IMG/VR virus record: IMGVR_UViG_3300003375_000002 | Strand: one strand, 5' to 3' | From: a virus | Length of the DNA stretch: 62,394 nt | Shown here: positions 14,634-23,600 of the stretch, one piece after another | Layout of the letters: every line of letters begins with the position of its first letter | How positions within the stretch are numbered: position 1 is the stretch's first letter | Notes under the pieces: generated by a model | What the model saw: only the letters and a program-made list of their open reading frames with translations | Databases searched by the model: none | Told to the model about the DNA's origin: nothing | Program-made: the position numbers and the translations under genes

Positions 14634-14685
14634 CCCCAAACACAAAAACCCCGCCCGGCGAACCGGACGGGGCGAAAGGAGATAG

Positions 14686-14940
14686 ATGATGGCAATGAGA
14701 ACCGAACAACAATGGTTTGACGCTATGCGCGCCAAAGGCCATATGCCTTGTGTTGAAAGCACCGGCTATTTAGATATTTTTGTGTGCGATGAAGGGTTTC
14801 ACAACGGCCCCGGCTGCGAAACTTGCCATTGGTCGATATGCTATCATTGTTACGATTTGAAAGACATTCCAGAATGCAAAAACCCCGTTTTGGAATTGCA
14901 AGCATCCGATCAATGCGGCGGCGTTGACGCGCTCAAATGA
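14686..14940 (+). CDS. Hypothetical Cys-rich protein (84 aa); last gene of the plus arm
   Basis: ORF track. GGAG 5 nt upstream. Confidence 0.55.
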   Translation: MMAMRTEQQWFDAMRAKGHMPCVESTGYLDIFVCDEGFHNGPGCETCHWSICYHCYDLKDIPECKNPVLELQASDQCGGVDALK

Positions 14941-14941
14941 A

Positions 14942-15211
14942 TCAATGACCCGTTACCTTCTGCATGAAACCTGAATACAGCATTGCCAATGCTCCTGCTC
15001 CCAGGAAACCGAGTGCTGCAATGAGGCCCTTGGATTTAACAGTTTCAACGCTTACACGCCAATCGCGCAAATGCTGAAAATCTCTCTGCATTTCGAGCAC
15101 GTCTGCGGGCTTGGAAATGTCGACACCTAATGTGACGAAAAATTCAACGAGAGCCTCCTTGGCAGCTCGTTTGGCAATGGCCTCATGTTCATTTTCTCGC
15201 TGAGCAGGCAT
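14942..15211 (-). CDS. Membrane protein with a C-terminal TM segment (lysis-cassette member?)
   Basis: ATG at 15211 after GGGGA. C-terminal GLIAALGFLGAGALAMLYSGF. Last gene of the minus arm. Confidence 0.5.
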   Translation of the reverse strand: MPAQRENEHEAIAKRAAKEALVEFFVTLGVDISKPADVLEMQRDFQHLRDWRVSVETVKSKGLIAALGFLGAGALAMLYSGFMQKVTGH

Positions 15212-15265
15212 CAATAATCCCCAGTCAAAATTATAATTGAGCGACCAAAAGTCGCTCAATTTTAG

Positions 15266-15577
15266 TCAACGGCCGAACTCATTAGAAACTTCCGCATCAT
15301 GAACAGACTTGCCAGCTTCAATTGGAGAGAGATTGATTGTTCGTCCGACAGTGTAAAGCATCGGTCCGTATTCTATCAAAATGTCTGCGACTGCCATTCC
15401 CTGCTGAATTCCGGGAATGAATGCCGCGATCTCGCTCGTCAAATGGCCGAGCGACGGAAACTTGGAGATCACATCGATTGCAGCGGTCGATTGCGTCAGG
15501 TGCTGATAGCCAGCGATGACGTTTTTCAACACGCTTTCGACTGTTCGCTCTCCGTTGATTAGGGTTTGGACGTTCAT
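15266..15577 (-). CDS. Hypothetical protein (103 aa)
   Basis: ORF track. Confidence 0.55.
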   Translation of the reverse strand: MNVQTLINGERTVESVLKNVIAGYQHLTQSTAAIDVISKFPSLGHLTSEIAAFIPGIQQGMAVADILIEYGPMLYTVGRTINLSPIEAGKSVHDAEVSNEFGR

Positions 15578-15578
15578 T

Positions 15579-16043
15579 TCAAGACCCCGCAGTCGGTGCA
15601 GAGACAGCGGCGACCGCTGTAATCTTGCTGTTGGCAGCCTTCACGGCGGCGACTGCCTGAAGGACACCTGTGGCGATCGTCAACGGGTTCTGGCCCGTCA
15701 ATGTGCCGTTGGCTTCCGACTGGACGATCGGCGAAGAGGCGAGCGCGGCAAGCGTCTTGACAGCAGCTTTGTTCGGAGAAATCTGCCCTAGATTTACGGC
15801 AGCCTGCGTCAGATTGTTGACTGCAATGCAGACATTGCACACGGTCTGGATGTCGGCCGCGATCTGTGGCGCAGCGGAGACGATGGCTGCATCACCTTTC
15901 GCAACCGCAGCGTCAATAGCAGCAGCGATTTGACGCAATTTCGCGGCGTCCGTGTTAATGGATGCTTGAATAGAAGACAAATTGCAACCGCCGAGAGCGA
16001 GCGGCGCGAGGGCGATGAAGTGACGACGATTAAACTTGTTCAT
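15579..16043 (-). CDS. Predicted lipoprotein with a twin-arginine-like signal (possible outer spanin or exclusion protein)
   Basis: N-terminus MNKFNRRHFIALAPLALGGC carries an RR motif plus a lipobox Cys. ATGA overlap with the upstream gene. Confidence 0.6.
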   Translation of the reverse strand: MNKFNRRHFIALAPLALGGCNLSSIQASINTDAAKLRQIAAAIDAAVAKGDAAIVSAAPQIAADIQTVCNVCIAVNNLTQAAVNLGQISPNKAAVKTLAALASSPIVQSEANGTLTGQNPLTIATGVLQAVAAVKAANSKITAVAAVSAPTAGS

Positions 16044-16375
16044 TGTGACACCACCTTTTCAGAGGGAACAACAGCTGCGACATCGGGCGTTGTGACGACC
16101 GATTGCACAGCAGGGTTTTTCGAGACCGCGATGATCTGCCAAAGCGGCGAGGCAGTCAAAGCTGCGTACAAGCCCGACCCAAGCCCGATAAGCGTCGTCG
16201 CCCCAGCGATGATGGACTTGACGCCTGTGCTTATCTGATCGATAGCGCCGGTCGCCGAAGCTGCATCCGCAGGCTTAAGAATTGAAAGAACAGCGAGCGT
16301 CGTTACAACAGACGCTGATGCTGTCAGCACATGTCGCCCGAAGGCGGATATTTGAGCAGTTGTTGGGGCTTGCAT
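16040..16375 (-). CDS. Multi-TM membrane protein, holin candidate
   Basis: Hydrophobic stretches VLTASASVVTTLAVLSIL, IIAGATTLIGLGSGLYAAL, LWQIIAV. Directly downstream of the endolysin. Confidence 0.5.
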   Translation of the reverse strand: MQAPTTAQISAFGRHVLTASASVVTTLAVLSILKPADAASATGAIDQISTGVKSIIAGATTLIGLGSGLYAALTASPLWQIIAVSKNPAVQSVVTTPDVAAVVPSEKVVSQ

Positions 16376-16476
16376 TGCGTTTCTCCAAATTGCATTCGCC
16401 TCGGATTGAGTTCGCTCCCGTACCGACAGGAGCGAGCGCGCAGCTCACCGGGCGAACAGGCTGCGCGAAGTTGAAT

Positions 16477-17049
16477 TCATGATGTTAGAGCATGATAGAA
16501 GTGAAGTGCATATCCGGCGATCAGTGCAGCGCGGTCATGACCGTTGATGATGGCGCGCGCATCGACCCAATCGGCGCGAGTTCCGATGAAAAAATCGGCG
16601 AACTTGCGCCCAGTAAACCATCCTTCCGCCATTCCGAACACCATGACAGCGGCAGCAATGTCCGGCCGCATAGCGAGGTCGGGCGAACGCGCGAGATCGA
16701 CATCGTCGCCGATGACGCCATGGGCGCGCAGGCGCGTCGTGGCGCGCTGATAATTCGCGAGCCATGTCAACTGAACGTCGCCGCGTCCGTCGTAGATCAG
16801 GTGCCAAGGGCCAGCAGGATGACCATAAGCTAAGCCGCGCCCATGACCGATCTCTTCGATTGGCTGCATCGTCGAGGCAGTCTCGTGAAAGGCAGTTGCC
16901 AGTGCATAAGCGACCCATCGCGGATCAGCGCCGGGCATGTGCGCGGAAAACGCAGCCAGAATGCTCTCGCAGCCCTCGACTTGAGAATTGGAAATGACTC
17001 CATGAAAGATCGTCGAGCGCAGCGCGTTGTAAAATGCCTGTGAAGCCAT
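16477..17049 (-). CDS. Endolysin, glycoside hydrolase family 19-like
   Basis: AFHETASTM and YDGRGDVQLTWLANY match the GH19 signature (GRG-x-Q-L-T-x-x-x-NY). ATG at 17049 after GAGGGG. Confidence 0.75.
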   Translation of the reverse strand: MASQAFYNALRSTIFHGVISNSQVEGCESILAAFSAHMPGADPRWVAYALATAFHETASTMQPIEEIGHGRGLAYGHPAGPWHLIYDGRGDVQLTWLANYQRATTRLRAHGVIGDDVDLARSPDLAMRPDIAAAVMVFGMAEGWFTGRKFADFFIGTRADWVDARAIINGHDRAALIAGYALHFYHALTS

Positions 17050-17053
17050 CTTT

Positions 17054-17356
17054 TTACCCCTCAATAAGAGCCTGTTTGCGCTGCTCTGAGATCCTGACAA
17101 ATCGCTCGATTGGATCATTTTTTTGAGCAGCTTTTATAACTTCATTGCGGAAACTTTCGGTCGCTGCAGCGCCTTGACGAACTTCATTGGCTGTGTTGAT
17201 CATCAACATAGGCATTGCAGAGATCGAACACATCCATTCGTCAACGTCCTTGCCGGTGTTTGGATTGCGGCCACGCAGAAGGATGAAAAAAGAGCATTTC
17301 AGCTGAATGCAATCTTTCTTAATCAGCGGGCAGAATGTTCCGTTTTTCAGTTCCAT
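17054..17356 (-). CDS. Hypothetical protein (100 aa)
   Basis: ORF track. Confidence 0.55.
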   Translation of the reverse strand: MELKNGTFCPLIKKDCIQLKCSFFILLRGRNPNTGKDVDEWMCSISAMPMLMINTANEVRQGAAATESFRNEVIKAAQKNDPIERFVRISEQRKQALIEG

Positions 17357-17358
17357 GT

Positions 17359-18219
17359 TCAGCTCTTCTGACAGATGATTGCGTCGACATAATTGACCGC
17401 CAAATTGATTGGCGTGCCAGTGAAAGGATGATTGTGGCCTAGGCCGCCACCAGCGCTGCTTGTCCCAGAGGAGGATCCGGTCGGGTAATAAAGTCCGCCA
17501 TTGGCGAAGCCCGGATTGCTGCCTGTGTTGGCAGTGATGAATGTAGCAGTGGCATGAGAGTGAGAAGGAATTTGCGTAATATCGAGAACGGTCGATCCGA
17601 CTGTTCCATTTACAACTTGAGAGGTGAATGCCGCACTGAATGCGACCCCTCCGCCGCTGGCGGCAGTTCCGCTGACGATGCGCAAGGCATAATCATTGTA
17701 CGTCGTCTGCTTGACCCAGCCTGTCGGTGCAGCGCTTTGCACGAAGAGCATTAGCGTTCCACTAGGGATCAGCGGCGTCTGGACCTGCGTATCGGCGAAA
17801 ATGATATTCGTTCCGTCGCTGACGATCGAGCGAGTCTGACCTTGGGGGACGATCAGGTTCGTTCCAGCTCCTCCAGAGACAAATGTTATGTCGCTGTATG
17901 AACCAATACCGCATGCATTGCGCACCACCCACTGACCGCAGACTGTCGAAGGAATGGCGATGGTCGTCGCGCCGACAGGTGTGCCTGTCAGACTTAAGAT
18001 CATCGGGATGTAAGACAATGAAGTCAACGGCGAAGTTACCGGCGGATTGGCAGTGTTGTTGGTCAGAGTTATTGTTCCGCCTGCATATGAAGTCAGATTG
18101 ATCGGCTGAACCGAACCGAGTGCCATGTCAATCGAAGAGAAATCCAGATTCAGCGGAACATCCCAGTTTGAGCTGTTGTTCGCGGGCTGCGTCAGATTCT
18201 TGTTCTGGGTTGTGGTCAT
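17359..18219 (-). CDS. Tail fibre protein with a tail-collar-like C-terminal domain
   Basis: PTGWVK ... LDITQIPSHSH ... GHNHPF resembles the phage tail collar / MdpB-type pattern. Confidence 0.65.
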   Translation of the reverse strand: MTTTQNKNLTQPANNSSNWDVPLNLDFSSIDMALGSVQPINLTSYAGGTITLTNNTANPPVTSPLTSLSYIPMILSLTGTPVGATTIAIPSTVCGQWVVRNACGIGSYSDITFVSGGAGTNLIVPQGQTRSIVSDGTNIIFADTQVQTPLIPSGTLMLFVQSAAPTGWVKQTTYNDYALRIVSGTAASGGGVAFSAAFTSQVVNGTVGSTVLDITQIPSHSHATATFITANTGSNPGFANGGLYYPTGSSSGTSSAGGGLGHNHPFTGTPINLAVNYVDAIICQKS

Positions 18220-18228
18220 TTCAATTCC

Positions 18229-20634
18229 TCAAATCGATTGATTGGCGACATGCAGCGCCTTGGCGACTGCGTTGTCATTGGCATCGAGGAGACTTTCGGT
18301 CCCAGATTTTTCAGCGCGCTTGGCAGATTCGACGAGCCTCATAAGTCTGTCGACGAGATGCTGGTGCCCGACTTTTCCGCCGCGCGCTCGCCCTTCTCTG
18401 CCGTACATCGGAGGCTCCGGTTGTTGAACAAAAGGCGAGCTCGGATTGTTCTTCTCCTGGATGCGGCCCATTGAGGCCGACATTCCCATTTCTGCATTGC
18501 GGATTGCTTCTCTGATCTTATATGACTGAACAGAGGCGTTGTTAATTCTACGGATGTCAGCAGGATCATTTGACGTCAAAAGGCGCGCAATCTGAGGTGC
18601 GAGCGTGCGATCCATGTTATGGTTGTATTTGATCAGAGCTCCAGTCGCGAGCGCAACCGCAGCCGCCCCAGCAGCCTTGAATGGATGGTCGACGATATCC
18701 TCTTTGTTCTCCCAGAGAGCTTTCACTCCCTCTCCGCCAGCCATGCCGAGAGCGATTAACTGCGCAGCAGTGGAGGAATTTCCGCCGACTGCTGTCCGCA
18801 TCATGTTCATCATGCTTTCGCGACGCAAATAACTTTCAATTGCATTCGCGCGATCTGTCCCCATCCCCAGCGCCATTTTTTCGCGCGATTGAGGGCTGTT
18901 GAAAAGACGAACGATGTTGGTTGTGTCTTTTGAATTGGCTGCATCATGCGCTATAGCGCTGGCCATTCCAGTTCCGAACAACTCTTTTTCCGCAGGCGAA
19001 GCTGCAGCGAGCGCTTTCTTGGCCTCTGCAAAATCGAAAACATTCATCCTTTTCATAAAATTCGTGCCAGCTTCAAGCATATCATCTGCCTTGAAGAACT
19101 TGGCAGCGCCAGCGCGCGCGTCGCTGTAGTTCGGAACTTTTGAGTCAAGCGTCTCCCGCAAGCGATCGCGAACATTCTTGACGGAATTTGCTGCGTTGCT
19201 CCCGCTGGAATATAGGCTTTGGACTTGGTCGTCGAGGGCTTGCTTAACTTTGTCCCAGAATTGAAGATTTGGGATTGCGACTGACCCATCCGGGTTTTTG
19301 CGCAGCTGCCATGTTCCATCGTCGCTTTTGACGAATGGATTGACGACGGGCGGCGTGCCTGTCGCGGCGGCATAATTGTTGCCAATTCGTTCGGCATCGC
19401 CGATAGCACTCTGAACAGCCGGAGATGCTGTCATCTGTTCAAATTCTGGGCCCCACATAGCCTGCGCATTCGGGTGCGAATATGCAGCATCATAAGCATT
19501 CTTGTTCTGAGCCTTCGCAGCAACTTTCAATTGATCGCGAATGTCCGGCGCTGATCCGCTGAAAAGATTATTAGCGAAATCAGAGAACCTTGCACCTTGA
19601 GACTGAAACCTGCCCTCCAGCGGAGATTGAAGAATCGTCTTTGCTGTCGGGGAAACATTGGCGACTTGACGCGCCAGATTGCGAGTGTTTTCTCCGCCGA
19701 TGTCTCCAATCATCCAAGGCTGCTGCGCATTATTTGCACCAACAACATCTGAAGCTCCCATGCCCAGCGCCGGAGATTGTGGATTGATCGGCCCGAGCTC
19801 TGCGCGAGTTGCGGCGTCACTTTGCAAGGCGTTTTTGACTTTTGATCCAGCAGCATCGCCCGAGAAAAGCGGCATGCCTGCGCCGACTTCAATGCCCTTG
19901 CCTGCGAGAGGCAATGCAGCGGCCAGCGGAATCTGATAGCCGTAAATGTTAGGTCCAGCTAAGGCCCCTTCCTTGGCGGAGCGGACAGCATTGGCTGCTC
20001 GTTCCCCAAGAGTGTCGCCGGTTTCCGCTCCGCTGGCAGCGCCGTAGGCTGCTGAGAGGCCTCCAGCGCCAGCAATATCTCCGAGAATTCCTCCTGCAGA
20101 GGACACGATCCCCGGTGCGCCTCTTGAGGTAAGATTTGATGCAATGGCAGGTCCGAGCTTGGCTGCACCAAAAGTCGGCAGAACCGGCGAAATAGCCAAA
20201 TCACCGACTGTATTGGCGACAGGGTTACGGGCCTCTGATATTGCTTGTTCTGCTTCGGCCTTGCGGCCGAGATCTGCGTAACGTTCCGACCACGTTGAGC
20301 CGTTGCCTGCACCCATTGCGGCGCTGGCTGCGCGGGCGGCAGCGTCGACCGCTGGAGAGAGGAGGGGGATTTTTGAGGCAGGGTTTGAAGCGTTGATGGC
20401 GGCAGCTGCGCCAGCAGTTGGTCCAAACTCTGAGAATTGATTTGTTTCATTTTTGGAGGCCTCCGCAAGATACGGGGCCATTTTGTCCCGTCGTTCCTTG
20501 GCATGAATGGTCAGGGGCAGCGCGCCGCCTGTGTCAGAAGCAGCATTGTCCAGTGCATCCCAATCCGGAACAGATCCAGAGGGTTGAGAATTGGCACTGT
20601 CCAGTGCATCCCAATCAGGTACGTCCGGCATCAT
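18229..20634 (-). CDS. Large Ala/Gly-rich virion (internal/ejection?) protein, 801 aa
   Basis: ORF track. Position after the 1380-aa protein. N-terminal duplicated VPDWDALD motif. Confidence 0.6.
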   Translation of the reverse strand: MMPDVPDWDALDSANSQPSGSVPDWDALDNAASDTGGALPLTIHAKERRDKMAPYLAEASKNETNQFSEFGPTAGAAAAINASNPASKIPLLSPAVDAAARAASAAMGAGNGSTWSERYADLGRKAEAEQAISEARNPVANTVGDLAISPVLPTFGAAKLGPAIASNLTSRGAPGIVSSAGGILGDIAGAGGLSAAYGAASGAETGDTLGERAANAVRSAKEGALAGPNIYGYQIPLAAALPLAGKGIEVGAGMPLFSGDAAGSKVKNALQSDAATRAELGPINPQSPALGMGASDVVGANNAQQPWMIGDIGGENTRNLARQVANVSPTAKTILQSPLEGRFQSQGARFSDFANNLFSGSAPDIRDQLKVAAKAQNKNAYDAAYSHPNAQAMWGPEFEQMTASPAVQSAIGDAERIGNNYAAATGTPPVVNPFVKSDDGTWQLRKNPDGSVAIPNLQFWDKVKQALDDQVQSLYSSGSNAANSVKNVRDRLRETLDSKVPNYSDARAGAAKFFKADDMLEAGTNFMKRMNVFDFAEAKKALAAASPAEKELFGTGMASAIAHDAANSKDTTNIVRLFNSPQSREKMALGMGTDRANAIESYLRRESMMNMMRTAVGGNSSTAAQLIALGMAGGEGVKALWENKEDIVDHPFKAAGAAAVALATGALIKYNHNMDRTLAPQIARLLTSNDPADIRRINNASVQSYKIREAIRNAEMGMSASMGRIQEKNNPSSPFVQQPEPPMYGREGRARGGKVGHQHLVDRLMRLVESAKRAEKSGTESLLDANDNAVAKALHVANQSI

Positions 20635-23600
20635 TGTCTCTGATAGGCTTTGAGGGCGTCTTCATCTTGCAATGGCTCAACGGGGCTGTTCCTGCCATTG
20701 TAACGGAAAACCTGACCGGGCTTGACGCCCATGACATCAAGTTGCTTTTTCAATTCAGGAGAAGGCTTGACTGGAGCGACATATGTCGAGCCTTCAACCC
20801 ATTCTTTCGTCGGAGGCAGGCTCGATCCTCTGAAATTGCCAATCTGCCTTTGTGCAGCAACGACGAACCCATCCAATGGATTTTGGATCTGCCATTGCTG
20901 ATAATAGGCGGACGGACTTGCCCATCCATCGGGTTTGCCGCGAGTTGCCCAATCGTTCTGAAATTTCTGCTGTTGCAGAAGGGTGCCCAGCGTTTCTGCG
21001 ACGAGGCGCTGATTTGCCTCGGGCCGATTTGTCGTATTCGGTACACCGTCAGCTGCGAGAGCTTTAAATTCCTGCTGAGCAAATTTCGGCTGTTTTGCAG
21101 AAAGAGTGTCAAGCGTCAAATTGACGCCCTCTTTCTTGACCCATTCATAAGCAGCAGTCGCCTGCGGTCCGCCGCCAAGAGCTTTTTCAGCAATGTCGGG
21201 TCGGCCATAAGCTGTCGCATAAGCAGCGATGGCATGCATTGTGTCTTGACCTGCGCCGCTCTGGAATGTCTTGTAGGCTTGACCGAGCGCGCGCAACCTT
21301 TCAATTCCCTGCTGAACAACAGGCGCATTGCCGAGCATGGTCTTGTTGAATTCTGCGTCAGTCTTGGCGAGCTCCTTGGCAGGCTCGCCAATCTCTGTCA
21401 TTTTTGCGCCAGCTGGCAATTTCGGTATCGGGAAACCGCCACCCGGTGGCGGAGGCGGAGAAACAGTTTGAGGCTCTGCAGTCTTCGGATCGATGGTCAT
21501 TTTTTGAGCAGCAGCCGAAGAATTGGCAGCCGGAGCTTCAGCATTGGAGTTGTCGCCTCCTGGACCTGGAAGATATTTCGCACCTTCCGGATTGGCACCA
21601 GCGGCATATTTCTGCTCAATCTGTTTTTTGTTCGTTTCATTGAGCTTGGCGATTTCGGGAGCGGCGAGTTGTTCGCGCTGCGTCATCATATTCTGACGGT
21701 ATTGCTGAGCCAGTGAACGGTTCTGGCCCGCTTGCGCGGTCAGGCGCGCAGCCGCAGCCTCGCCTTGCGGACCGGTGCCGGCCAGCCTTTGGGCCTTTTC
21801 GAGAAGATTATCGGCCTGAGCATCATACCGATCGGCCGTATCTTTCAGATTTTTGATCTGAGGGAGGCTTTCAACTCGGGCATAAATGGCATCTTCTGGG
21901 TGATCGCTGTCGGGCGAGGCTCCAGAATCCGGCTGAATGGGCTTTGCGCTGGCTACGGTGGTCGAGGAAGCCGATGGATTGGTCGGACTAGGGTTTCCTT
22001 CCCCAGAAGAATTTGTCGGCTGGAGGATGGCCGTAGGGCTTGCAATGTTACCGACGATCGCCGACCGCTGTTCCGGGGTCACAATTTTGCCAGTGACTTG
22101 GTCGAAATAAGCCAGATTGTTCTGATGGTCGGTCGTCGGCGTAAACCGCTGCTGCATCAGGCCGAGCGTATTCTTGGCGATCTGAGACTGCTGAAGCTGC
22201 TGTCTGTTGTAAGCCTGAGCCCCGCCTCCGAGGCCCTGAAGAAGCGCCGAACCCAGATATCGGCTTGGAGAAGAGGCCATCGTCCCCAATCCGGTGAGAA
22301 CCGGGACGAGCCAGTTTTGATTCTTGCTAAACCAATCGCCGACGCCGGAGGCGGCATTGCCGATGTTGTCGAGCAATGCCGGAGAATTGTCGTTTTGGCC
22401 ATCGTCTGTCTGGCTAGGAGCAGCGAGACCGATGGCGCGTGAAGCGGGAACATCCGCTGCACTCGGAGGCTTGCTAGAATAAGAATTTACTGAAGCGGCA
22501 TTGCCTGCATCAGCCATTTGAAAATGCGAAGGATCGCCGAAATCGGCACCCGCCTTGATTCCGCGCCAAGGTTGTTTTGCCATGGCGACGAGTGCAGATT
22601 GCTGATTTGGATCATCAGCCGGAATGTCCGCTGCAAGACCCAACTCGTGCATCGAATGACCAGGAGGTGCAGCAAGATTCCCTCCAGCAAGATATTTGGC
22701 GTAAAGGCCAGCCTGCTGAGGGGTGCTGCGGTATCCAGAAATCATATGTGTCGGAATGCCTTCGTCCGATGCATCCTGCTGAAGATCTTGAACGCGATCA
22801 GCGAATGTCGGATCAAGATCTGCGACGTCTGTGTTCTGAGCGATGTTTTCAGCGTAATCACTGAATGTTCTGCCGCCCGGCGCACGATAAACCTTTCCGC
22901 CTCTTTTTAAGAAGATTAAGGGCAGAAGATCTGCAGCACTCTCTCCACCTGCCGCAGCAGCACCTGAGAGCTCCATTGGTGCACTCGTTGCCGCACCGAG
23001 GCCAGAAGTTAAATCTCCGATGCCCGAGGCGGCACTTTTGGCGAGGCCGGGCAATTTTGAAAGTGAAGCGAGATCTCCGAGGTTGCTCGAAGAGTTGTTC
23101 GATTGAGTTCCTGTTCCAGCTCCTGCAGGAACAAGCTTAGCGCTCGGAGCATCATCAGGAATGTCAAGACCATTGTCATTCGAATATGGCATTCCGCCAC
23201 TCGAATATCCGACCAATCCGCCGCGCTTGCGATTGAGCAATTCATCGGACGCCTGCGATGCAGGGTTGTTGTCCTGCGTCATGGCATCAGGTTTATTGAG
23301 CCAAGCGAGAACATCACTGCCAGCATTCTTGGCGCCGCTGGCGAGACTGCTGAGGCTCTGAGCATCTTTCAAAGTGCCCATGACCTGCGACATGCCTGTC
23401 GGGTTTGTGTGCTGGGGAATCTGGGGAGTTTGCATGCGCGCCATGTTTTGAACTGGCGCAGGAACATATCCATGACCATTGCCAGGAATGCCGCCCGGCA
23501 TCCCGCCATAAAATCCATTTTGATTCGGATCGAACATTACCGGCGCATATCCGCCGCCCGCATAAGCGCGCCGCGCCCCAAGTCCCGGTTCAACAAAGCC

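Noticed and set aside
14649-14674. Imperfect GC hairpin after ORF 14433..14633 as a terminator
   Set aside because: The stem has mismatches, no U-tract follows, and the next gene's ribosome-binding site begins immediately. The support is insufficient.
20418-21716. 432-aa plus-strand ORF antisense to the 1380-aa/801-aa genes (the same applies to 21732..22442, 23103..23816, 24629..25483 and 41681..42535)
   Set aside because: These are antisense shadow ORFs inside long minus-strand genes that carry recognisable domains. They contain no motifs, and their codon composition looks non-coding.
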